From Patiria miniata (taxonomy: Eukaryota): a stretch of 64,000 nucleotides of DNA. Where the stretch lies: assembly GCF_015706575.1 (NCBI RefSeq), contig NW_024037060.1:1009983-1073982 (forward strand). The letters are read 5' to 3'. The notes under the pieces are model-generated. The model was not told the DNA's origin. It made no database searches and saw only the letters and a program-made list of their open reading frames with translations. Every line of letters starts with the position of its first letter. Position 1 is the first letter of the stretch. Position numbers and translations under genes: made by a program. Positions 55,746-64,000 of this stretch are shown here, in pieces.

Positions 55746-55879
55746 TCATTTGTTATCCTCTTTGGATATACTTTCCGTCATATCTTCATCCAGACGATTG
55801 TAATGCTCCTTATACATCATGAGAAGAGGCAAGCACACGAAGACGGAACCTAGAAGGAGCCAGTTCATCCAAATCACAC
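55746..55879 (-). CDS. DIRC2: DIRC2-like exon 11 (last coding exon, stop TGA)
   Basis: acceptor ctttgttcgcag|; SVIWMNWLLLGSVFVCLPLLMMYKEHYNRLDEDMTESISKEDNK* (human [29 protein letters not shown]). Confidence 0.85.
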
Positions 55880-58800
55880 CTGCGAACAAAGCGGAAAATA
55901 TCAGTCACGCGAAGATGATGTGGCTTTCTGAGGCACATTCATAATAAAAAATAGTCGTGCGGCGAACTTCGCATTTAAACGGGCATGAATTACGTGTATA
56001 TGCGGTGTGGCCGTCCATGGGCTTTCGACAGAAAAAAAACCCATCCTGTCTTGTTTACGCAAGAAGCCCATTTCCGAATCTTGAACTTACTTAGATTTGG
56101 AATCATCGGCAGCAACAGGAATATCAGAGCAGTCACATTATTCATGAATGTCAGCACCATTGTTATGTTGCTTTCCGAGACAGGATACATGCCCTCGACC
56201 GTGATCTCAAAGTATATGGGCACGCAGGCGTTGATGAAAAGTCCAATGAAGATACATGCAATGTAGACGCTCACTGCAATCAAAAATCACCAAAATCAAT
56301 CATGGGTAAATTTCCACTGAACAATTTCCTCAAACTAACATTCAAAAGAAGTTGTAATGTTTGTCTGGTATGACCTTAAAACTTGGGCGAAACCTGGATG
56401 ACTGTCATATTTCATTTTGTTGTTGGAGTTACTGCTACAATTTAACAATCTTTCCAGACAATAAAAGAATATATCCACTCCATTGTTGAAAGGAAAATTT
56501 GGACCTTACGTTACTTGTGGAGATTGTGTAACCATGGTGACATCATGGCCACAAAAGCAAAACTGTGCATTACATTGTTTTACAAGACTATCTCATGTTA
56601 CTCACCTAAACTGTATGAGATATACTTCATTGAGAGTAGAACACACCATACACAGCTAACGAAGGCTGCCAGGGTGAGTGAAATCAATACTGCCTTCATC
56701 CTACCGCCAAGGATGTCTACAAGTCTGGTGAAGTCACACAAAGAAGGAGAGATAAAATAGTCAACAAGAGTTTAAGACCAGAATTTGTCAAAAGCTATGG
56801 TCTCACATCCAGGGCCTCTACCTCGTCCCCAATGCTTACTTCATTCCCGACTTCGTTTCCAATAGGCCCTGGACAGGAAACTTTCTTCCTGTATCCTAAT
56901 TCGTTACCACAATTGGAAAGCAATGGATTTATATCGTGTATTTGGTGTTGTTATTTCCAACGTGCATATTTCGTGTTTTCACGTTCATTGTATAATTATT
57001 TCATCCACACCTTCTTAAAAATATTCATTTCCTTTCCAATTTTTTTCATATTAATATGAAATGTGATACTGAATATTGTCTGAATAAAGTGCGAGTAAAA
57101 GAGTATAATATTTCTACTGAAATGATATCGTTTACGTTATTCTATCACCCACCTTGAAACTATCAAGCCTCCCAGCATCCCGGCAATATTGGAGATGAAT
57201 CCAATCCAACCAACAGTTTCCTGAAATAAAACAAGACCAAATTATATTAGAAATTGAACTTTAAGCACCAATTGAGCAAAACTCAACAAACACATAACAT
57301 TTAACATGATGGCATATTGGACAGGGGCACACCTTTGCTCGGCCAAACGTACATCAATTAAGAACATTTTAGTACTGGGATTGTTACCTGTCCTATGTTC
57401 AAAGTAGTCTTGAAAATTGTGTCTAGTTGCGTATTCCAGCCATCGTAAACTCCTGTTGATATGCTGTAGGCTGCCGCAGGAAGCCAAAAATGTATGTTCC
57501 TTCAATCAAATATTTAAAAAATATTTGTTTTACTCGTGAGCTGATAAAGAGTTAACGGTTGTGATAACATAAAATAAAAGAAATGGACAAAAAGGTCGGC
57601 TATCCTGACTTGAAATCAGAGGATCAGGGGTTTACAATCAGCTAATTCACGCTCAGCACATCAACTTCCTTAACAGTTTTCTGTCTGCCCAGGGACATTC
57701 AAACGGACAGTTTACCAATTCCTATAGGTCAAGAGCCAGTCACGTGGCCGAACGTAAACGGTTGATAAAACACAGGCTGGCTAGTCCTAGACACTGCGCC
57801 ACATCGCGCAGCCAGTGTGCACAACGCGCTCCAACTTGTCTCCTTATTTTTCACAGATTTTTGGACAGTTGTCTCAAGACTTACTTGATTATCTTCAGGG
57901 CTCCATCTTTGAAGCTTTCCCGAGGTTTGGTGGCAGATAAGCTGGGTGAGGTTGGCGGCTTCTCAGGGAAGTACAGTAGAGCCGCGATGACCACGACGGC
58001 CACAGCTCCACATTCTGGAAAAAAAAACACACAAAGACTAGAGCAATATGTCTGTTCATGAACAGAAACTACTGGCTTTTCCGTTAAAGGCCTACATGTT
58101 CACATTTAGTGCTATTGAGTATTGATGATATCATAACGCCGGACAACTTGCTCACAATTTTAACATTGACATGCCGAACTTATGGTAAACAAATCAGTAT
58201 GTTCTGTTTGTATTATATGGTGAAAAAATATTGAAATTAAAAAATCCATCACAATAACAAATTAGTTGATGACGTCACCATGATGTCATTTCAACTTACA
58301 CATTAACACCCTATTTACGTTGTACAAGCAAAGAAAGTTTCAATGCAGTCGGACTTCTCTCGATATAATATGAGACATTAAAAAGTGCGCCTTGAAGGTG
58401 ACATCACTTGACACGTGATTGCCTGGATTGACATGGAATATAGTAGGACCTTTGTTCCAGCAAAATTCTGTTTGCCTTAACAGAAGTCCTCTGACGTTTT
58501 TGAAAGACAATAGTAAGTACATACCTATGTACATTAACTTCATTATTTCTTTGAAGTACAGTGCTTTCTCCTTTGGGTCTATGGATTCTGCATTTGAACT
58601 GAAATAAAATTAAAGTTGGTGTGCATCATTTGTCATTTGTGCAGTTTGTTTTCGTTTAAAGCGACAAAATCTGAAGAAGGGTGCTTACTATCTTTAAACC
58701 AAGTATTTTCGTCAGTTACTTTTTTGATAGCTGCAAATGACTCTGCCTTTAAACAAGTATGGTGAAAGTGTCGGGACCTTCAGTGGAAAAGTTTACTAAT

Positions 58801-60905
58801 AATACTTCAATCAAACATAAATACATCATGCAATGTGGTAGATGTGTTCTGTTTCTATTGATGAACAAAACACACATTGTAACTTTATGGATGAAGGGAA
58901 TCGGCCAATTAAAAAAAATAACACAATATGCTATTTTAAAATACAATTGAATTTACAAATATCCATTTTTTCGTAAAAAGAAATTAACTTTTCATAACCA
59001 AAAGACAACTTTAAAAAAAAATGTTTTCCTCTTTCTCATAACCTATGGCTTCAAATACAGACCAAATAAAATGAGAAAAAAAATTACCTTGAATTTGGCG
59101 GAAGACTTGTGACTACTAACGGCCCCACCAGATACGACAAGGACATGCCAAAAAATGCTGAGGTAGAAGATATAGCCGTGGAGGTGGTCCGTTGGTGAGG
59201 CGGGAACCAGACCGCTGATAATTCAGTTGGTGCTGACATCATAACGGGACCAGCTATGCCAATTAAAATGTGGCCAGCGTTCATTGTCCTGGAAGAAACA
59301 AACTGGCCTTAAATCTTTGAAAACAATAGTAAAGGTAGAAGTAGCATGGCCTAAAATCACCTCGGCCGACCCGACAAGCTCGGTGGTCGAGTGGCGAGAC
59401 GTCTGCGCTACTATAGCAAGCCGGGTCGTGGGTTCGAGTCTCGAGTAAGTTTGTAAATTGTTTTTCGCCAGCCCGAGGACAACACAAAGTGTTTATTATT
59501 ATTACCATATCGACTTTACATGCATCTTCCTTAAAAAAAAAAAATCATATTTAAGAAAACAAAAACACATCTTTTTTGCCTTGCCTAATTTTTCTTACCA
59601 CTTCACGTTTTCTATACCGACAGGAATGCACCGAATAGCGACTCCCATTAGGAAGATCAAGGAACTGCATAAGACGCAATACCTGAGACCTATAAAGGAT
59701 GAGAAAATGAAACAAATGTTTTACAAATTATCTTGCATTAGTTCTGTTTTTTTTTGCTTAAAACATGTTAAAACAATTTAATGTCTTAAATCTGCACTAA
59801 AAAAAAAATCGTTTTCAAATTTACCCAAAACAAAACACACATTCTTGTTCCGTAACTGTGGGGACTACACACGAGTTGTCCCATGGTACTATGGGGACCG
59901 AAGACGCTATGGGGACAGCAGAAAGTCCCCACAACTCGGTCCGCCTGGCAATGAAAAACTTCCCCCATAGCCCCCACCCACCCACCCACACACGTTCACC
60001 CACGGTCGTGTATTACTATATATATTTCTGAGGACCTTTATTGTTCCCCTTTCTTCCCAGGACTTGGGCTCAGGTCCTAGGGTTTATTGTTATTGTTGGT
60101 AACCCACTTTCCTGAAAGTCCTCAGACGTATAGGACAACAAAATCACGACCAAAAAAATTACAAAACAACACATGAAAAACATGAGATCATCGTGCGATG
60201 GTTTTCTTACCTTTGATAAGAAATAGATAGGAAAACATAAAAGCGGTGATAATGAATGTGATGCAACCCCAGTTAGCCAACAGGGCTATGTCACCATCCG
60301 TCCAGTCTAGTACAACCTTGGCTGGAAATCAGATGAAAAACAAAGAATTACTGCTCCAGATCCAATCATCAACTATAATCTTTCTATGGTGTCTACAATT
60401 ATTGAGCACTCCTGATATTAAATTATTATAAATTCAATTCTTAATATTTCTCTTTCATAAAGCTCTTAAAGAGCTTGTCATGGTTATAGCGAGGAATTTG
60501 GCGTACACGCACAATGTACATCTCAATGCCGTAACTTGACTAAGGATTTTGTGCTTACTGGGCTAGCAGAGTGATTGTAAGCGCGGATTTCTGTGGTTAG
60601 TAGCGCCATGAAATTGGGCCTATCATTGCATTCTATCTCATATCTGCAAGTGACAAACCTGTGTCGGCGATGGGACCCCATGTGTTCCACGCTGCTGCTT
60701 GCAAAACACAAAGTAGCGAGAAGACGGCCAGAATGAACCATCTTGCTTTGTACACTACGTGTTCTCCTGCCATGGGCTTTCCATTCTTCAAGCTTTTCGT
60801 CGGAAGAGATGGGTTCTCCGCACTTAGGATGTCTCCGTTGACAGAATCACACTTGTTGATGCTTGAGTTTGAAACTCTGGGCAACAGGGGGTCGGTTTCA
60901 GCCAT
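55746..60905 (-). CDS. DIRC2: Gene-level span of MFS transporter DIRC2/SLC49A4 ortholog, 11 coding exons, 489 aa
   Basis: Exon peptides match recalled human DIRC2 blocks: [80 protein letters not shown]; WFNW. Phases consistent, 1470 nt. Confidence 0.85.
56091..56273 (-). CDS. DIRC2: DIRC2-like exon 10
   Basis: acceptor tttgattgcag|, donor CTAA|gtaagt; VSVYIACIFIGLFINACVPIYFEITVEGMYPVSESNITMVLTFMNNVTALIFLLLPMIPNL. Confidence 0.88.
56606..56724 (-). CDS. DIRC2: DIRC2-like exon 9
   Basis: acceptor gacttcaccag|, donor TAG|gtgagt; RLVDILGGRMKAVLISLTLAAFVSCVWCVLLSMKYISYSL. Confidence 0.8.
57153..57220 (-). CDS. DIRC2: DIRC2-like exon 8
   Basis: acceptor ttttatttcag|, donor AAG|gtgggt; ETVGWIGFISNIAGMLGGLIVS (human [22 protein letters not shown]). 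Confidence 0.82.
57388..57499 (-). CDS. DIRC2: DIRC2-like exon 7
   Basis: acceptor tttgattgaag|, donor CAG|gtaaca; KNIHFWLPAAAYSISTGVYDGWNTQLDTIFKTTLNIGQ (human [37 protein letters not shown]). Confidence 0.8.
57885..58014 (-). CDS. DIRC2: DIRC2-like exon 6
   Basis: acceptor tttttttttccag|, donor CAA|gtaagt; ECGAVAVVVIAALLYFPEKPPTSPSLSATKPRESFKDGALKIIK (human [28 protein letters not shown]). Confidence 0.82.
58525..58598 (-). CDS. DIRC2: DIRC2-like exon 5 (small exon)
   Basis: acceptor ttttatttcag|, donor TAG|gtatgt; SSNAESIDPKEKALYFKEIMKLMYI; 74 nt restores the phase between exons 4 and 6 (human ..HIKDRIEAVLYAEFGVV). Confidence 0.65.
59088..59288 (-). CDS. DIRC2: DIRC2-like exon 4
   Basis: acceptor tttcttccag|, donor AG|gtaatt; WTMNAGHILIGIAGPVMMSAPTELSAVWFPPHQRTTSTAISSTSAFFGMSLSYLVGPLVVTSLPPNS. 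Confidence 0.88.
59340..59480 (+). mobile_element. tRNA-derived SINE fragment in DIRC2 intron 3
   Basis: GCTCGGTGGTCGAGTGGCGAGACGTCTGCGCTACTATAGCAAGCCGGGTCGTGGGTTCGAGTCTCGA, same family as 31615-31800. Confidence 0.6.
59600..59690 (-). CDS. DIRC2: DIRC2-like exon 3
   Basis: acceptor cctttatag|, donor GTG|gtaaga; GLRYCVLCSSLIFLMGVAIRCIPVGIENVK (human [30 protein letters not shown]). Confidence 0.82.
60211..60321 (-). CDS. DIRC2: DIRC2-like exon 2
   Basis: acceptor ctgatttccag|, donor AAAG|gtaaga; AKVVLDWTDGDIALLANWGCITFIITAFMFSYLFLIK (human [37 protein letters not shown]). Confidence 0.85.
60659..60905 (-). CDS. DIRC2: DIRC2-like exon 1 (start codon, TM1)
   Basis: Kozak gaaaccATGg; [51 protein letters not shown]; donor ACAG|gtttgt. 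Confidence 0.82.
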
Positions 60906-61689
60906 GGTTTCTTGGTCAGTGATGTGCAAACTTAGTATCTTGATGACCGGTCTCTTATCATGCCTGAAATATGTTGATTCCCAGGACTAGTGCACCTTAA
61001 GCAGGGAGGGTGATCCGTGCCACTTATTAAGACGCACCAGTTTGCAGAGGATATTTTGTTCTGAGATAAACGTGATAAATGTCTGTGAATGTCCAACGTC
61101 TGACAGTAATTTCACCTTTTGAAGAGAACGTAACGAGTTGAACTAGTCTGGGTTCTGAAAATGACACTTTTACCAACCAATCAGTTTCTGGTTCAGGCCT
61201 ATTTGACAAGGCTTCATAGGCTTGTCTATCAGGCTACCAATAGCAAGTTTTCAGCTCAGATGACCATGCTCCGATGCTCCATACGCTTTGCTGACTGACG
61301 TACATAAGGACTGTTTAGGCCTAGTTTAATGTTGCACATTGTTGGAAGTGCTGTCGGCAGTTCCGATCCATTACACCAAGTGGAGCTAAGAGGAAAAGGG
61401 ATTATTAAATTTTAGAACAATTTTTTTTTATCAAGTTCACACTGGCTGGTTAGTGCGATTGTGTACGGACCCCTTAAACTCAGCCAACTATATTCTATAG
61501 TCAGCAATATTTAAAGCCAACAAAAATATCGTGGATACTAGGGCAGGGTTTGGATATTTTGAAGGAAATGTTTGGGTAAAACGACGATGCAGATGATAAA
61601 ATGTAACACGAAATTAAAGATGATGATTATATACCGCGACAAACCTGAAATATATATCATCTAGACCATGCAGGTATGAGGCGCTATAA

Positions 61690-61900
61690 AACTATAGCTA
61701 CAATCCCGGCCAAAGTGTTTGGGACACTTGGAAATAACCGTAGCCTCCCACGGTCACCCACTCCCCTGTTCCCCCGGTCAATGTTGTTCTCTCCAGCTGA
61801 TGGAGCACACACCGCGCACTGAGAGACAACATTAAGCGGGGGCCGGGGGTTGGGGGCCCCGCGAGATTTGGCCAGGATTGTAACTGCTATAGCTGGTACA
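61690..61900. mobile_element. Inverted copy of the 48258-48570 repeat family
   Basis: see 48258-48570. Confidence 0.65.
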
Positions 61901-62727
61901 ACCGACCAACATGACCAGAGAAAAATATAAAAGCAGTACATGCGCCCCAGTTAATTACTGAGTCTAAATTATAATGTACAAAACCATAGATTCGCATGCT
62001 GTCGACTGAAAAAAAAATATATTACATTTTCTAACAAAAGATTCTGTTCAAAATTTCAAATAGGCCCCCTACGTGCCCTTTGGAATGTAGGTTCATTAAA
62101 AAGAATACTTATTTTTACTTTAGGTGGCAGAAGTCATTCTGGAGTGAAGGACCAAAACGACGTGAGAGAAGCCCACAGCTACACAATCGCCCAGGGTGTA
62201 TCACGGGAGAGGCAGGACAGTAAAAATACTTATCTGTTCATTGTGCTGTGTTATTTAATATTGACTTTGTGAATGCGGACTTCGTACTGTAGGCAGAGGG
62301 GGCAACTCCAATATAATAGTGCATGATGAAAATTGTACGTGTACAAAACTGGACTTAATCGTCCCAGATCGCCATATGATTCCATGGTCCGTCACGTGCA
62401 AGTTATTTTGAGGTATTTTATCGTAATAAAAACATTGTATTTACGGAACTTGTGGTTAAGAACATATTCTGCAGCTTTTATTTGTTTTGGTTCAATACGT
62501 GTGAAGAGTACGCTTTTTTAAGGAAAACTTTGTCGTTTCTTGGGCTGACCGGCCGAACGGACGCACACATTTAATCTAGCAGTGGGCTGTGTTTTGCCTT
62601 ATTTGGGCCATCCCATTTACATGTGCATTAATTGCGCTCCGTGAATTATGGTGAAACTTAAACACCGATTGTTACACTAACAAGAAAAAAAACCACAACA
62701 CATCAACTAGAAATCAATTCTTTCACA

Positions 62728-63180
62728 TACTACTATGTTTTATTTGAATGTGGAACGCCGCTATACCGAACACCGCTATACCGAACATTCGGCTATACCG
62801 AACATCATCCTTGGCTCCCGGTTTTAATGTACAAAACGTACAGAACATTGTTGTTGTAAAAAGTCAACAGATTAACAAAAAAATCTACCGGTTGTATTCA
62901 ACGTTATTTGGGCCACTTTTAATGCCTGAACATCAAACGACCCATAGTTATATATTGTGTTTGAATGTTGAAGAGCGATAGATGGCTAGTGTTTCCCCAA
63001 GGAATAAAAGGGAAAACCACCCGTTGGTCGCGTGCAGCCGCGGGATGTGAGAAATGCTAGTTCACTATTGGTTAAATAGAAATCGCTATACCGAACGATC
63101 GTTATTACGAACACTTTCTGTGGATCCCGTGATGTTCGTTATAGCAGCGTTCCACTGTACTACCATGTTTTATTTGAATG
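62728..63180. mobile_element. Candidate small non-autonomous element: 22-bp direct repeats (CTAC(T/C)ATGTTTTATTTGAATGT) immediately outside inverted termini GGAACGC(C/T)GCTATA(C/A)CGAACA; internal (CGCTATACCGAACA)x3
   Basis: 62728-62749 and 63159-63180 direct; 62750-62775 vs 63127-63147 inverted. Confidence 0.45.
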
Positions 63181-63474
63181 TCAGTTTTTGTAAGGATAGT
63201 CATAAATTAATACGACTCACACCGGGCAGAAAAGTGATTGTACTTTAGTATTATATCACAAATTTGACATAATTAGCCTATCGTTGTTTATTGTCATAAC
63301 AAGAGAAAAAGAAAAGAAAATAAGATTCCATCCAAATGAACTCAACGCAGCCATTGTTTAATATAACAACAATTTATAACATTTTTTAACACCTTGCAAA
63401 GCCTTAGGCCCCTAATGCCGTACATTTTTCTTAATTTTGTGCTCGAGAATTTCACTTTACTTATTAAGTAAACG

Positions 63475-64000
63475 CTTCAGATTTCAAATATGCACTTGTT
63501 ATTTTTCGAGGCTGGGTTGGGGCAACCTTGAAATTATGAAGCAAATAATTCTGCGCAACTAAAGTACTGCATTTATTAATGTTATTCGCGAAAAATTAAT
63601 ATTAACAAAGTTCATATAGTACAAATGATACCAGTTGGTATGAATAAAACATGGCCATTTGCTTTTACTACCGAAATTTCAGCATTTATGCATCAGTTCT
63701 GTATGAGTACGTTGTAAATTTAAGCAAACACTTTAATCAAAACCATTTGCTAAAATCTGATTAGTTTGCTGCACTATTAGCGTTTACTTCGTTTCGTACG
63801 AATAATAAAAAAAGGAGTATATATTTGCTGCAGAGTTCAACTAATATATTTCAAAGCTGGATTGTGGCTTCCTTGAAGATATAAAAGCAAATACTTTTGC
63901 GCAAAAACTACTACGTTTAAAAATGTGGATCGCGAAAAATTAATATACAAAAGTTCATAAAGTACAAATAATACCATATATCGTATGAATAAATACTGGC
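63475..64000. repeat. Tandem satellite-like repeat, unit ~350 bp (at least 1.5 units to window end)
   Basis: 63520-63660 (..ggcaaccttgaaattatgaagcaaataattctgcgcaactaaagtactgcatttattaatgttattcgcgaaaaattaatattaacaaagttcatatagtacaaatgatacc) recurs at 63870-64000 with ~85% identity. Confidence 0.6.

Noticed and set aside
60906-60929. Upstream extension of DIRC2 ORF (MHITDQET..)
   Set aside because: The leading M in the ORF track is a TTG, not an ATG. The first ATG (gaaaccATGg, strong Kozak) is at 60905.
1-64000. Prokaryotic-style gene calling (operons, CRISPR, RBS)
   Set aside because: Sequence is clearly eukaryotic (GT-AG introns, snRNA genes, SINEs/MITEs). Six-frame ORFs longer than 100 aa are mostly exon fragments or repeat artefacts.

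Overview
This window is eukaryotic nuclear DNA, not prokaryotic. Genes are split by GT-AG introns, and the sequence carries SINE/MITE insertions and intronic minisatellites. The gene density (34 kb for a 2708-codon gene) and intron minisatellites suggest an invertebrate deuterostome such as amphioxus or an echinoderm, but that is a guess. Three loci can be reconstructed from the sequence. (1) 14.9-48.9 kb, + strand: a complete ortholog of telomerase-associated protein 1 (TEP1, the vault/telomerase TROVE-NACHT-WD40 protein). The model has 48 coding exons giving 2708 aa, a Kozak ATG and a terminal TAA. Exon phases were tracked across every junction and the summed CDS is 8127 nt, divisible by 3. 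(2) 49.5-53.6 kb: an snRNA array with three U2-like genes. Two are tandem on the - strand inside ~1.4 kb repeat units and one is inverted on the + strand; each has a TATA box at about -30. In all three, the U2 branch-point-recognition sequence is GAGAGUA instead of the near-invariant GUAGUA. (3) 55.7-60.9 kb, - strand: an 11-exon major facilitator superfamily (MFS) transporter gene, orthologous to DIRC2/SLC49A4 (489 aa), convergent with TEP1. The 5' 14.9 kb holds no convincing protein-coding gene. It carries a 2.63 kb tandem duplication, hAT-like MITEs (miniature inverted-repeat transposable elements) with poly-G/poly-C cores and 8-bp TSDs, a ~190-bp dispersed repeat and several hairpin elements. 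Oddities inside TEP1 include an exon encoding a ~14x Gly-Arg dipeptide repeat, one GC-AG intron, a triplicated exon-end plus donor-site copy in an intron, and a ~320-bp near-perfect palindrome. Coordinates are hand-derived and accurate to roughly +/-2 nt.
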